From: a virus
Lineage: Duplodnaviria > Heunggongvirae > Uroviricota > Caudoviricetes
IMG/VR virus record: IMGVR_UViG_3300029705_000023
Location: 45,563 to 109,562 of that record
Length of the DNA stretch: 64,000 nt
Reading direction: 5' to 3' (one strand)
Each line of letters begins with the position of its first letter. Position 1 is the first letter of the stretch. Of this stretch, positions 9,676 to 19,715 are shown piece by piece. A program made the translations under genes and the position numbers. The notes beneath the pieces were generated by a model that saw only the letters and a program-made list of their open reading frames with translations, searched no databases and was not told where the DNA came from.

Positions 9676-10281
9676 ATGGCTTTTACGGCAGTACTGGAAA
9701 AGTATACCAAACGTGCACTGATGTTAGCGGCAGGAGAACACAGGTTTCTGTTTTACGATGATAACGGTGATCACGAGTTGCGGGATCTTCCGGAGGGGAA
9801 GACAGCTTGGGATTGCGCGAAAGAGATCTGTGGAGAGCGCTGGGAAGAAGAAAAGCAGTTCTGGGACGGATACAGGCCTGACCTGTGCCGAATGAATGAC
9901 GGTGCAGGAGGCATGTGTACGGTCCGGTGCGCAACGCTGACGGAATTGAAGAAGCTGCGTGTGAGCATCGACAGCTTTCGCGACTCCGAGGACTGGACGA
10001 AAGCTGCGTGGGAAGGACTTCAGAAGGAGCAGTACACATGCGACGGCTTTCGCGTCTGGCGGTTCTTTCGCAATTTCGGTACGGGATGGCGTCCGTGGTT
10101 CATTTTGAGTACGCTCCTTGGGGATGAGCCGGAGATAATGGAAGATTTTATCAAATCGGAACTTTACAGGGTCCTTCCTTTTGATGAGTATGCTCGTCAC
10201 ACCAGTTCCTGCGATACGGAATGGGCTGTTGTTTACAATGACACGTTCAGTGACAGAAGAATTGAGGAGGATCCGGAATGA
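9676..10281 (+). CDS. Hypothetical phage protein
   Basis: AAGGAG RBS; coupled to next ORF. Confidence 0.8.
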   Translation: MAFTAVLEKYTKRALMLAAGEHRFLFYDDNGDHELRDLPEGKTAWDCAKEICGERWEEEKQFWDGYRPDLCRMNDGAGGMCTVRCATLTELKKLRVSIDSFRDSEDWTKAAWEGLQKEQYTCDGFRVWRFFRNFGTGWRPWFILSTLLGDEPEIMEDFIKSELYRVLPFDEYARHTSSCDTEWAVVYNDTFSDRRIEEDPE

Positions 10282-10790
10282 TCATTATCGAAAGACCATC
10301 ACTTCATATTGAAGTGGAAAAGACGGACCGTCCGGAACTGCATAGGGAGTACCGGCTGTGTACGTTCCTCTCGGATCGGGAGGATCTGCCGTCGGATACG
10401 CTGGATCCGGAAGCGGAAGTGATCTTCCGGACGCCTGTCTATCTGTTTGAGGTGGACGGGGAAAAGGTGTTGAGCGTCTTTGAGGATGCCTGCGCTGCAG
10501 AAAGTACGTTCTGCGGAGAAGCGTGTGTTACGAAGGAGACGCTTAAAAAGCGCGGATATGACAACGATAACGCGCTGTGCTATATCCGCGGACTGCTGGA
10601 AGCGGATCTGGCGTTCTTCACACACGGTCTGAATGACAGACTGTATCGTGTGGGTGTCACGGTAAACGGTGAGGATTACATGCGGGATGCTGTGTTTCAC
10701 CAGAACCACATTGAGACGGTCTTGAATGTGGTTTGTATCAAGCATGGTGAAAACCCGTTGTCTCTTGAAGAAAGGAATAAGTTGCGATGA
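10278..10790 (+). CDS. Hypothetical protein, possibly a distant homolog of 4596-5165
   Basis: TPVYLFEV resembles LPVYLYVH; similar overall layout. Confidence 0.7.
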   Translation: MIIIERPSLHIEVEKTDRPELHREYRLCTFLSDREDLPSDTLDPEAEVIFRTPVYLFEVDGEKVLSVFEDACAAESTFCGEACVTKETLKKRGYDNDNALCYIRGLLEADLAFFTHGLNDRLYRVGVTVNGEDYMRDAVFHQNHIETVLNVVCIKHGENPLSLEERNKLR

Positions 10791-11326
10791 GTTACGCGGA
10801 CCAGAAATTGATGTACGTTGTGGACGGGGAAAGCCACTGGGTGAACGCGTGGCGAGAATCGGATGATGAGCTGACCTCTGAAGAGCTCTATCAGGAGGTG
10901 TATCCTGATGGAGACGGTCCCCGGAATCTTCCCGGCTTCCGGTTCACAGACTACGGCTGGTACGTGATCGGCAAGCCGTGTTACAGGGCGTATGTCTGTA
11001 CGTTTCGGGAGCTGGCGGAGCAGCTCCTTCGGGAAGGCCGAAGTGCTGAGGACATCCTGAAGGATGACTTCCAGGGGCCGCTTCACTGGGACAAGGCTAT
11101 GTGGGAGATCCTCAAGGAGAAGGGTTTGATACCGAAGAGAAGGTTCCGGGTGAAAGTCAATTGGAAGATCGTGCAGTACAAAGAGGAGGAATACGATGTC
11201 GAGGCGTATACCCGGGAAGAAGCCGAAAGGCTGGCGTATGATCTCTGGGATAACACAGAGGAAGAGCCGCAGGACGGTCGGCTGATGGATTATGACGTAA
11301 CTCAGATATATGAGGTGGAGCCATGA
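10787..11326 (+). CDS. Hypothetical phage protein
   Basis: Coupled ORF; C-terminal YDVEAYTREEA module is shared with the next gene. Confidence 0.75.
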   Translation: MSYADQKLMYVVDGESHWVNAWRESDDELTSEELYQEVYPDGDGPRNLPGFRFTDYGWYVIGKPCYRAYVCTFRELAEQLLREGRSAEDILKDDFQGPLHWDKAMWEILKEKGLIPKRRFRVKVNWKIVQYKEEEYDVEAYTREEAERLAYDLWDNTEEEPQDGRLMDYDVTQIYEVEP

Positions 11327-11889
11327 AAAAATTTGAAGTTGAGATCCGCTGGACAAGATGTGAACAAATGCAGCGTACCTACGAGGTCGCGGCGGAGACA
11401 GAAGAAGAGGCGATCCGCAAGGCATGGGAAGAGTGGGACTACGATGTCGTCGGAGACAGTACACGGGATGAAGATGTGTATTCCTGCGACCTGGTAGAAG
11501 AATATGAGGAGGAAGAGGATGAGGACAGGATGAGGACTAAGAGAGTTTTCGTACATGAACGTTCCAGTACCGGTTTCTGGCTGTCTCCCTGGACGGAGGA
11601 AGACATGAAGAAGACCGGACGGCAGCTCTATGAGGAACATTGCGAGCCTGTCGACGTCTCCGAAGAGTGCGGAGCGGAGCTAACGTTTGACAGGCACGGC
11701 TGGCTCGCGCAGTATCCGGACGGTGAGTATGACGCTGGTGTGGTCATGCGACTGGATTGTATATTCGAGGAGTTGTTCAAGTATGTGGATACACTCGAGG
11801 AGCTGCTTACTTGTCCTATGAATCCCAGCGACATCCCGGAATGGGAAGCTGCTATGCGGGAGCTGTGGGAAGAAAAACAAAGAGCTTGA
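11323..11889 (+). CDS. Hypothetical acidic phage protein
   Basis: GGAG RBS; N-terminal YEVAAETEEEA module. Confidence 0.78.
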   Translation: MKKFEVEIRWTRCEQMQRTYEVAAETEEEAIRKAWEEWDYDVVGDSTRDEDVYSCDLVEEYEEEEDEDRMRTKRVFVHERSSTGFWLSPWTEEDMKKTGRQLYEEHCEPVDVSEECGAELTFDRHGWLAQYPDGEYDAGVVMRLDCIFEELFKYVDTLEELLTCPMNPSDIPEWEAAMRELWEEKQRA

Positions 11890-11966
11890 GAATTGTAGAA
11901 GAGTGAGGCAGGACGGAAGGTCCTGCTTCGCTTTTTATTCAAACATTTTTAGAGAAGGAGTTTATC

Positions 11967-12734
11967 ATGGGAAACCGTGCTTTGGTTACTTTCAGGAATG
12001 CCCGTGCGTCGGTGTATCTTCATTGGAACGGAGGACCGGAGTCAATATGTAATTTCGTGGAGGCGATGAAGCGGCAGGGTGCTTTCGGATCGGATGTGCC
12101 GCCGTCCGCGTTTCCTGCCCGCCTGTGTCAGGTGGTTGGAAATTTTCTCAGAGGATCACTCAGCCTGGGTGTTCAGTACGGTGTGAGCGATCCCGGTGAC
12201 AATGGGATCTATGAATTGGATATTTATGGAGACCTTGCGGCACATTATGCGTTTCGATATGGAGACGACGCCCGTTACGAGATCTTAGACCGAAATTACG
12301 AAGTCGATCCGGAATGGCAATCCGAGCTGGCATTCCACCGGGAGCAGCTTGAGACGCCGCGGGAAGAGAGACTTACGGAAGAAGCGAAGCCGATGTATGT
12401 CTGGCTCGGCCCGGATACCGCGCTGTTTGAAGTATGGACGGCAAAACCGGTCCCGGCGGAAAGCATTGCGGAGATCTGCAAGAGAGTCCGTTATCGGGAT
12501 TGCGGCGACACGATGTACAGCTCGGCGCGGATGGCGCAGCTGCTGTGCAATTTGTACGCGGACCCCAAAGCGGTTAGGATCCTTGACATCGAGGTCCCGC
12601 ATGAAGAGCATTATGCTGCTATGGTCCGGTTCGGTAAGGACTGGGCTATCGAGGAGGCGTCCGCCGAGATCGGTGAGGAGCTTTCGGAAGAGAGTATTGT
12701 GGGTTGGATCCGCTACTTGAAGGAGCAGCGATGA
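11967..12734 (+). CDS. Conserved phage hypothetical protein (MGNRA...VYLHWNGG type)
   Basis: AAGGAG RBS; YLHWNGG, ARLCQVVGNF and GDNGIY motifs recalled from phage proteins of unknown function. Confidence 0.8.
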   Translation: MGNRALVTFRNARASVYLHWNGGPESICNFVEAMKRQGAFGSDVPPSAFPARLCQVVGNFLRGSLSLGVQYGVSDPGDNGIYELDIYGDLAAHYAFRYGDDARYEILDRNYEVDPEWQSELAFHREQLETPREERLTEEAKPMYVWLGPDTALFEVWTAKPVPAESIAEICKRVRYRDCGDTMYSSARMAQLLCNLYADPKAVRILDIEVPHEEHYAAMVRFGKDWAIEEASAEIGEELSEESIVGWIRYLKEQR

Positions 12735-12803
12735 AATAGAGACAGGGGCCGCGATCGCGGTGTGGTTTGAGTATTTGAGAGAGAGCTGAAAGGAGAATAA
12801 CGA

Positions 12804-13184
12804 ATGAAAACCAGAAGCGTTCTTGACGCGCTGATCGAGTTTTCGAATCTGGAGAAAGGGGAATGCCCGGATAAGCTGAGAGCTACTTTTCGAGACGGTG
12901 AAAGGGAATACTACGTGACTTTCTGTAACGAGCGGCTGATGTTTGAATGCTACGGCTGGGAAGGCATGTTATTGTGTGCCTTTGTGTCCGCGCATTTTCC
13001 GGAACATTGGACATTTGCCGGCTGGAGATTCGCGTTTGATTCTTTCGCGGATCTAACGGATCGGGTCTTGCTAGGCGCACGGGCACAGGATCTTACAGAC
13101 GCGTTTAAGTTAAAAACGGAAGAGCTTGAGGCTCGGCTGAATAAAATTACAGACATTATTAAGAAGCACGAACAAAAGGAGTGA
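12804..13184 (+). CDS. Hypothetical phage protein
   Basis: AAGGAG RBS. Confidence 0.78.
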   Translation: MKTRSVLDALIEFSNLEKGECPDKLRATFRDGEREYYVTFCNERLMFECYGWEGMLLCAFVSAHFPEHWTFAGWRFAFDSFADLTDRVLLGARAQDLTDAFKLKTEELEARLNKITDIIKKHEQKE

Positions 13185-13187
13185 GTG

Positions 13188-13397
13188 ATGGCTGGGTCTT
13201 ATAAATGCCCGCTTTGCGAGGCATGGATACTTGTTCGGACGGACGGTATTGGAAGAACGAAGTATCGCGTTAGCTGCAAGTGTGAAGATGTGTCTTACTG
13301 CGGAGAAACCGTCGAAGAGGCGGTTACCAAATGGCGAGAATGCGGCAGGCTAGTGTGTAAGATATGGAGAAAGGAATACAGAGAGGAAAGCAGATGA
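13188..13397 (+). CDS. Small Zn-ribbon-like protein
   Basis: CPLC and CKC motifs; AAGGAG RBS. Confidence 0.65.
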   Translation: MAGSYKCPLCEAWILVRTDGIGRTKYRVSCKCEDVSYCGETVEEAVTKWRECGRLVCKIWRKEYREESR

Positions 13398-13594
13398 GAT
13401 ACTTTGTTGAAGTCGTGGAAACCAGAGCGAAGATCGTAGGGATCAGCGCGGAGACGTTGGCTCAGGCACAGGAGATCGCCAGAGGGAAAATGGAGACGAT
13501 CCGGAATGGGTTGTCTGCCGAAGACTGGCTCAGCACCGAACTGCGCGTCCTGGACGAGGAGTACAGCCCGTTGAGTGCAGAGGAGTATAACTGA
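13394..13594 (+). CDS. Small protein resembling the DpnD/PcfM family
   Basis: YFVEVVETRAKIVGISAETLAQAQEIA pattern. Confidence 0.5.
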   Translation: MRYFVEVVETRAKIVGISAETLAQAQEIARGKMETIRNGLSAEDWLSTELRVLDEEYSPLSAEEYN

Positions 13595-14046
13595 TGAGAG
13601 ACAAATTCCTGTTCAGACTCGTGTTTTACGGGGATAATCTTGTCGGCGGGATGTGGGAGACCTATATTTTTACTCGCATCAGGGACGCAGGACGTCTGGT
13701 ACGAAAGGACGGCGACAGGATCGAGGGACCGGCGGCACCGCCGGATTCGGCATACCGCGGTCCAAAAGACCGTGTCTCGATGTCTGCGACGCGGGAGGAG
13801 GCACCGCCGCTTCCACCATGGCGTGTGACGCTGCAGATCACGGAGATCCGGCTGGATGACAAAGAGCCGGTGTATAACGGTCAGCAGGAGTTCGTGATCT
13901 TCGCGCTGGATGACGCGGACGATCAGCTTGCCGCTGCGATCGCACGTTGGAAGGGCTTCGGGGGCACGCTGCCGGACAGCGCGTCCTACTCGCTGGGGAA
14001 AGTGGTTCCTCTGCATTGGACAAAGGAAGGAGTACTGACCGAATGA
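13594..14046 (+). CDS. Hypothetical phage protein
   Basis: Coupled ORF with AGGAG RBS. Confidence 0.72.
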   Translation: MRDKFLFRLVFYGDNLVGGMWETYIFTRIRDAGRLVRKDGDRIEGPAAPPDSAYRGPKDRVSMSATREEAPPLPPWRVTLQITEIRLDDKEPVYNGQQEFVIFALDDADDQLAAAIARWKGFGGTLPDSASYSLGKVVPLHWTKEGVLTE

Positions 14047-14369
14047 GTTCAAACTATGAGATCTATTGTCATTTTCGAATGATGGATCCGGCGCTCTCCA
14101 GAGACATTGACTGGTATTGCAGTCAATACGAACCGCCGACCCCGGAATGGGAGATCTGCGTGGGGCTGACGCCTCTCGATCTGACGTGGTACACGATCGA
14201 GTCGGACAGCATGGATGATGCTGTTGATGAAGCGGCATCGCTCTGGGTGCACACAAATGGCGAGCCACTCGGTCCGGATGAGGACCTGATCTGGCAGGCA
14301 TACCTGGATGGTGAGTTGATCGACGAAGAGATGCTCGGCGTTTATCCGGAAAAGGTGAACCGGCTGTAA
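14043..14369 (+). CDS. Hypothetical acidic phage protein
   Basis: AAGGAG RBS, ATGA overlap. Confidence 0.72.
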   Translation: MSSNYEIYCHFRMMDPALSRDIDWYCSQYEPPTPEWEICVGLTPLDLTWYTIESDSMDDAVDEAASLWVHTNGEPLGPDEDLIWQAYLDGELIDEEMLGVYPEKVNRL

Positions 14370-14431
14370 TAGAATCTGCGGGTGAGGGGCGTACGGCCCC
14401 TCTCCGGCTTTTATTAATAAAAGGAGAAAAT

Positions 14432-15019
14432 ATGTTTGAAGAGATGGTTTGGTATCAGCATAATCTCGACATTTTCCCCGGCTTCTACTGCACCATCCTC
14501 GAAGGAGATGACGCGATCGATCTGGTGTCAGAGTACGAGGGGTCGCCGATGACCTTCAAGCCGGGGGTCTTCCCGGACTACATGAGGGCGGTCTCGAAGA
14601 GGTACGTCAAACGGCTGGAATACGAGGTGACAAAGGACATGGGGCAAATGATCCGGGATCTGAAACTGGAAGAGGTCCGTTCGCCGAAGTATTACAACTT
14701 CGAGACGGACAAGCTGTCGATTCGGCTGAAGGTTAATAAATGGAATGTTCTCCGGGAACTTGTGAAAAACAAGGAGGACTTCAACCAGTACTTGCGAGAA
14801 CATTATACAAGTCGTTCAGGATTCATCAGCTTCGTGGAGACGGAGATCCACGAGCTGTGGCGGCAGAAAAAGTATTTCTGGGACGTCGCTCTTGACTACC
14901 TGATCCTGAAACAGAAGTTCTTTGATGACGTGAACGATGAGGATGGGTCCAAGAGCTATTGGGCACTTGCCCAGATCGTGGATGACGTCATCCCGGAGTT
15001 TCTGGAACCGGTAAAGTGA
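14432..15019 (+). CDS. Conserved phage hypothetical protein (SPKYYNFETD / YTSRSGFISF type)
   Basis: AAGGAG RBS; motifs recalled from uncharacterised phage proteins. Confidence 0.8.
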   Translation: MFEEMVWYQHNLDIFPGFYCTILEGDDAIDLVSEYEGSPMTFKPGVFPDYMRAVSKRYVKRLEYEVTKDMGQMIRDLKLEEVRSPKYYNFETDKLSIRLKVNKWNVLRELVKNKEDFNQYLREHYTSRSGFISFVETEIHELWRQKKYFWDVALDYLILKQKFFDDVNDEDGSKSYWALAQIVDDVIPEFLEPVK

Positions 15020-15035
15020 GTTTTGAAACAGGATC

Positions 15036-16585
15036 GGATCTGAGAGCGGACGGCTTTCAGGTCCGGTTTTTTATTTCAGGAGAAGGAATTATGAAAACAG
15101 TGTGTGTGAATGGAATGCGTTTCGAACTTCACGAGGATCATGCGGAACTTTGCTCCGCGGAAGCGGGGCTGGAAAGGGCGGTGATCCCTGACGAGGTGGA
15201 AGGGCTGCCGGTCACGGTCTTGAAAAGCAGAGTATTCGCCCGCAGCAAAGCACTTCAGGAAGTTGTGTTTCCGAAGTATCTGGAGCGGATCGACCTCCAC
15301 TGTTTTGAACAGTGCTTCCTGCTGGACAGACTGGAGTTTCCAGAGTCGCTGAAATGGATCTGCCAGGGAGCATTTGAGTACTGCTGGGGTCTTCAGAGTA
15401 TTCATATCAATTCCCGGTGCAGTCTGGGTGACTTCGCATTTTCGAACTGTACGTCTCTGCGGGTGGTACAGCTCGAAGATGTTACGGACCTGGGTCTCTA
15501 CGTGTTCCACGGGTGCAAGAAGCTGGAGTACATTACAGGAGACATGTACCTGAGTGAGATCGGATTCGGCGCCTTCTGGGGGTGTGCCTCTCTTCAGAGG
15601 CTGGACACCTGCGCGAAGCGTGTTCGTACTTATGCCCTCGAAGGGTGTGACTCACTGACACACTTCATGTGTGCTGCAAACTGCGTGCTGGATCCTGCCT
15701 GCGGTCTGTCGGATCTTATGAATCTCCAGAGGGTGGACGGTGCCGGGCTGGACAGCGATGGACTTTTTGTGTATACGCCAGACGGGCGTATGGTCGCACA
15801 TTATGTCACCTCTATGACCGGAACCATGGAGCTGCCGGATACCATTACGCGGCTGTGTGAGAACGCATTTCGGGATTCTAAGCTGCGCAGAGTCGTCTTG
15901 CCGGAGACGATCACGAGCCTGCCTCCGAGCTGCTTCAAGAATGCCGTTCAGCTTCAGGAGGTCATTGCACCGGGAGTTACGAAAGTCGCGGAAGGGTGCT
16001 TTTCGGGCTGTATCTCTCTGGAAAAGGTGGTGACAAAGCCGCTGAAGGAAGTGCACCCAGACGCGTTTAAGTACTGCCACCATCTGCAGGAGATCCGCCT
16101 GTCGCCAGAGTGTTCCTGCATCGGTTCCCGCGCGTTCATGAATTGCTTCCGCCTGCGGTCGGTTGAGGCGAAAGGGGTGGAACAAGTTTATCCCCGCGCG
16201 TTTGCATCCTGCGTCAATCTTCGCGAAATGCCGGATATGCCGTATCTGCAAGCTGTGGGCTTCGGTGCGTTTTCCGGCTGTCCGAAGCTGACGCATCTGG
16301 AGTTTCCGGAGACGCTTCAGGTGATCAAGGAATACGCATTTGAAGATTGTTCTGGACTGAAGTCGATCAGTTTTCGCGGAGACGCATCGGGTAAGGTGCA
16401 TGAGACGGCTTTTGATGAGAACTTCAAAAACGCGCTTTTTCTCGATCCTGAGCTGTTTTACACGGATGACGATCTTTGGCAAATGGACGAAGACGAGTAC
16501 GAAGAAGACGGTGAGTGACCGGCTTGAGTTAAACAGTTGAGATGGGACCTGAGAGCGGACGGCTTTCAGGTCCGGTTTTTATTTG
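15036..16585 (+). repeat. Direct repeat pair (terminator-like hairpin) flanking the LRR gene 15091-16518
   Basis: GGA(T/C)CTGAGAGCGGACGGCTTTCAGGTCCGGTTTTT at 15036 and 16545. Confidence 0.85.
15091..16518 (+). CDS. Large BspA/TpLRR protein with acidic tail
   Basis: About 15 AFxxCxxL-type repeats. Confidence 0.92.
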   Translation: MKTVCVNGMRFELHEDHAELCSAEAGLERAVIPDEVEGLPVTVLKSRVFARSKALQEVVFPKYLERIDLHCFEQCFLLDRLEFPESLKWICQGAFEYCWGLQSIHINSRCSLGDFAFSNCTSLRVVQLEDVTDLGLYVFHGCKKLEYITGDMYLSEIGFGAFWGCASLQRLDTCAKRVRTYALEGCDSLTHFMCAANCVLDPACGLSDLMNLQRVDGAGLDSDGLFVYTPDGRMVAHYVTSMTGTMELPDTITRLCENAFRDSKLRRVVLPETITSLPPSCFKNAVQLQEVIAPGVTKVAEGCFSGCISLEKVVTKPLKEVHPDAFKYCHHLQEIRLSPECSCIGSRAFMNCFRLRSVEAKGVEQVYPRAFASCVNLREMPDMPYLQAVGFGAFSGCPKLTHLEFPETLQVIKEYAFEDCSGLKSISFRGDASGKVHETAFDENFKNALFLDPELFYTDDDLWQMDEDEYEEDGE

Positions 16586-16598
16586 GAGGAGGTGTTTA

Positions 16599-17252
16599 AT
16601 GGAACCTGTATTTTCAGAAGACGGCAAGGTATTGATCCGGTATCCGGTGGAGAGCCGGAGGCGAAAATATAAAGTTCCGGAAGGCGTGGAGGAGATCGCG
16701 GAAGGCGCTTTCCGTAACGGCCGCTATCTCTGGAGCGTTTCCCTGCCTGAAAGCATTAAACGCATCGGAAACTTTGCGTTTGAGAACTGCTGGAGACTGC
16801 GGGAGATAGATTTCCCGGAGGGATTGAGCTGCATCGGTCGTCATGCGTTTTCACGATGCGAGCAGCTGAAAAAAGTGGACCTTCCTCACAGTCTGGAAAG
16901 TCTGGGTCCTGGGGCCTTTTCCTTTTGCTATGAGCTGACAGAGGTGAATGTGCACGGAAAGCTGTGGAACGTCCCCATCGGTGCCTTTAGCGACTGTTAT
17001 GAGCTTGAAAAAGTCACTTTGGCAGCATCGGTGCACACGCTGGAGTGCTGCGCCTTTGCACATTGTCCCCGCTTAATAGCCGTCGTGGTGAAGGGAAGAC
17101 TGCGTCACATTGAGTATGGCGCGTTTGACTACTGTGCGCAACTGAATGTGTCGTCTATCGATCTATGCGGTGTGTATATCAGCAGTGGGGCGTTCTACGG
17201 CGTACTTGGCTGGACGCATGAGATCGGACGAGACAAGTCCGGACGTTTGTAG
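16599..17252 (+). CDS. BspA/TpLRR protein
   Basis: FSEDGKVLIRYP N-terminal motif plus IGxxAFxxCxxL repeats. Confidence 0.9.
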   Translation: MEPVFSEDGKVLIRYPVESRRRKYKVPEGVEEIAEGAFRNGRYLWSVSLPESIKRIGNFAFENCWRLREIDFPEGLSCIGRHAFSRCEQLKKVDLPHSLESLGPGAFSFCYELTEVNVHGKLWNVPIGAFSDCYELEKVTLAASVHTLECCAFAHCPRLIAVVVKGRLRHIEYGAFDYCAQLNVSSIDLCGVYISSGAFYGVLGWTHEIGRDKSGRL

Positions 17253-17274
17253 AAAATTTTACAGGAGGATGAAT

Positions 17275-17505
17275 ATGAAATTATACTGTCTTTTGTTGTT
17301 TGTCGTTGTGTTTGCCGGTTGTGCCGGCGTTCGTGAGAAAGCGCACACTCCAAAACCGCAGTTTGTTGTGGAGCCGGTGTTCCGGGATTTTCCGCCGGTC
17401 GAGGAGGAGTATCCTGCGGATGAGGAGCAGGATCCGAGCAAGGATCCGTACTACAACAATATCTCGATCCTGTCAGCGGAGGAGCGCGGGGTCTATATCC
17501 GGTAG
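17275..17505 (+). CDS. Small lipoprotein
   Basis: MKLYCLLLFVVVFAG-C signal peptide and lipobox. Confidence 0.7.
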   Translation: MKLYCLLLFVVVFAGCAGVREKAHTPKPQFVVEPVFRDFPPVEEEYPADEEQDPSKDPYYNNISILSAEERGVYIR

Positions 17506-17584
17506 TTAGGCGAGGAATAACACACCGGTCCGCTGTCATAGGTTTTGATAGTGGACCACTACTCTTATATGAAAGGAAGATAAA

Positions 17585-18184
17585 ATGGAAAGTCTGAACT
17601 TTATAATTGAAAAAGGCGTTCTTACGAGTGTCGAGGGGGAAGCCGTGTCGGTAGTGATCCCCGTCGGCGTGACGAGCATTGGAGATTCCGCGTTCCGCTG
17701 GTGCGACAGCCTCGAGTCGGTAGTGATCCCCAACAGCGTGACGCGCATTGGAGATTCCGCGTTCCGCTGGTGCGGCAGCCTCACCTCGGTGACGATCCCC
17801 GACAGCGTGACGAGCATTGGAGATTCCGCGTTCTGGTACTGCTATCGCCTCACCTCGGTGACGATCCCCGACAGCGTGACGAGCATTGGGGATAATGCGT
17901 TCAGCGGCTGCGAGAGCCTCACGTCGGTGACGATCCCCGACAGCGTGACGAGCATTGGAAATTCCGCGTTCCGCTGGTGCAAGAGCCTCACGTCGGTGAC
18001 GATCCCCGGCAGCGTGACGAGCATTGGGGATAATGCGTTCAGCGGCTGCGAGAGCCTCCGGTCCGTGACGATCCTCGATGGCGTGAAGAGCATTGGGTAT
18101 CGGGCGTTCGACGATTGCTCCAGCCTCGAGTCGGTGACGATCCCGGAGAGCGTGACGCGCATTGGTGCGTGTACGCTGAAATAA
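17585..18184 (+). CDS. BspA/TpLRR protein built from near-identical 69-bp units
   Basis: Repeated VTIPDSVTSIGDSAF; DNA unit GTGACGATCCCCGACAGCGTGACGAGCATTGG. Confidence 0.93.
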   Translation: MESLNFIIEKGVLTSVEGEAVSVVIPVGVTSIGDSAFRWCDSLESVVIPNSVTRIGDSAFRWCGSLTSVTIPDSVTSIGDSAFWYCYRLTSVTIPDSVTSIGDNAFSGCESLTSVTIPDSVTSIGNSAFRWCKSLTSVTIPGSVTSIGDNAFSGCESLRSVTILDGVKSIGYRAFDDCSSLESVTIPESVTRIGACTLK

Positions 18185-18251
18185 TAATAACATCGGTCTG
18201 CTGTTGGGTATTCCAATGGCGGGCCGGCTACTTTTAAGAAAGGAGCTAAAC

Positions 18252-18728
18252 ATGAAGAAGTGTGATGCGATTCGGTTCTCCGCTGACGGCAAAACGCTCA
18301 TTCAGGTCCCGAAAGGCAAGGACCTTACCGAATACACCATCCCCGACGGCGTGACGAGCATTGGAGATTCCGCGTTCTACGAGTGCAAGAGCCTCACGTC
18401 GGTGACGATCCCCAACAGCGTGACGAGCATTGGAAATGAAGCGTTCTACTGGTGCACGAGCCTCACGTCGGTGACGATCCCCAACAGCGTGACGCGCATT
18501 GGAAATTCCGCGTTCTGGCACTGCGAGAGCCTCAAGTCGGTGACGATCCCCGGCAGTGTGGCGAGCATTGGAGACCGCGCGTTCTACGGGTGCAAGAAAC
18601 TCACGTCGGTGACGATCCTCGACGGTGTGACAAGTATCGGGGATGAGGCGTTCGTCAAATGCTCCAGCCTTGGGTCGGTGTCGCTTCCCGAAAGCATTAC
18701 ACGAATTGGGAGGTATCAGCTGCGGTAA
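18252..18728 (+). CDS. BspA/TpLRR protein with the same 69-bp units
   Basis: FSADGKTLIQVP plus VTIPNSVTSIG repeats. Confidence 0.92.
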   Translation: MKKCDAIRFSADGKTLIQVPKGKDLTEYTIPDGVTSIGDSAFYECKSLTSVTIPNSVTSIGNEAFYWCTSLTSVTIPNSVTRIGNSAFWHCESLKSVTIPGSVASIGDRAFYGCKKLTSVTILDGVTSIGDEAFVKCSSLGSVSLPESITRIGRYQLR

Positions 18729-18796
18729 AACGTACGCCGGTCCGCTGTCAGATCTTTGATGGCGGACTGGTTATTTTTAGTGGGAGCATAGACTGC

Positions 18797-19330
18797 ATGA
18801 AAAATATACCATTTTACAGGAGGACCACAGCACACCGCAAACTGCATCTGGTGTACTGGACCAGAAAGCTGAACTACTGGACCTGGAGGGTCTACGATGT
18901 TGGCGACGATCTGCATCTGGTTGACAGACTTCCGGTCTGGCTTAAAAGAGTATTGACCGGGGAAGTTTCACCGGAGGTCCAGCCGTATCAGCAGATGGAC
19001 CCGGGCCGAATCAACTTCTGGCTGCAGCACGCGGCGGTTCGGGAGGGGCTCGTTTATTCCAGCTCGGACTACAGGTGGACCTACACGCCGGAAACTTCAT
19101 TTTGCAAGGGTGCTGAGATGCCGACGTTGTGGTATGATGACTACAACGAACTGATCAAGTGTGGTAAGGATTATTACGGCGAATGTCAGGTCCTGACCAC
19201 ACGCGAGTACGGCGAGATGTCAGACGATGACGTTACTGCCTGGGCAAATCTGAGAGCTGTAGAGGAACGTTCAAGGCGCCGTTCTGAACAGGTTGATATT
19301 TTAAGACAAAGGAGAGCCTATGATCGATAG
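18797..19330 (+). CDS. Hypothetical phage protein
   Basis: GGGAG RBS; in frame with track ORF 18659-19330. Confidence 0.7.
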   Translation: MKNIPFYRRTTAHRKLHLVYWTRKLNYWTWRVYDVGDDLHLVDRLPVWLKRVLTGEVSPEVQPYQQMDPGRINFWLQHAAVREGLVYSSSDYRWTYTPETSFCKGAEMPTLWYDDYNELIKCGKDYYGECQVLTTREYGEMSDDDVTAWANLRAVEERSRRRSEQVDILRQRRAYDR

Positions 19331-19715
19331 TGAAAACAATCCGTTTGAAGAGGGAGATGTCCGTAAGGAGATCGTAGACATAATGACGACTCTGTCGGAA
19401 AGACAGCTGACCGAGGAGGAAGCGAAGCATGCTGCGGAGCTGTATCTGCAGCTGATTGACTGCTGCTTCGAGAAGTTCAATACGCTTCTGGACGAGAAGA
19501 ATTTGTTTGCCATGCTGCTGACGCCGCTGCTGACCCAAAAGACGCTGCTGACCGATGCCGAGCTGGCATTGAGGACCACGAATGAGCACTGGAACGGCTT
19601 TATGGACACACTGCTGTCCCTCTATCTGCTTCGAACGATGGAAGCTGCCGGGAAGGTGCAGACACCGTTTACCATTACGATCACAATGGATGAGGAGGAA
19701 AAGGATGATCATTAA
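19320..19715 (+). CDS. Hypothetical helical protein
   Basis: AAGGAG RBS. Confidence 0.78.
   Translation: MIDSENNPFEEGDVRKEIVDIMTTLSERQLTEEEAKHAAELYLQLIDCCFEKFNTLLDEKNLFAMLLTPLLTQKTLLTDAELALRTTNEHWNGFMDTLLSLYLLRTMEAAGKVQTPFTITITMDEEEKDDH

Larger units (their letters stand above)
17527..18770 (+). repeat. Family of three related long intergenic hairpins
   Basis: 17527-17557, 18194-18226 and 18737-18770 share GGTC(C/T)GCTGT... stems of 12-14 bp; differences retain pairing. Confidence 0.8.

Noticed and set aside
17506-17512. GTTAGGC attC-like core after the lipoprotein gene
   Set aside because: No matching RYYYAAC inverse core and no integron integrase; likely chance.
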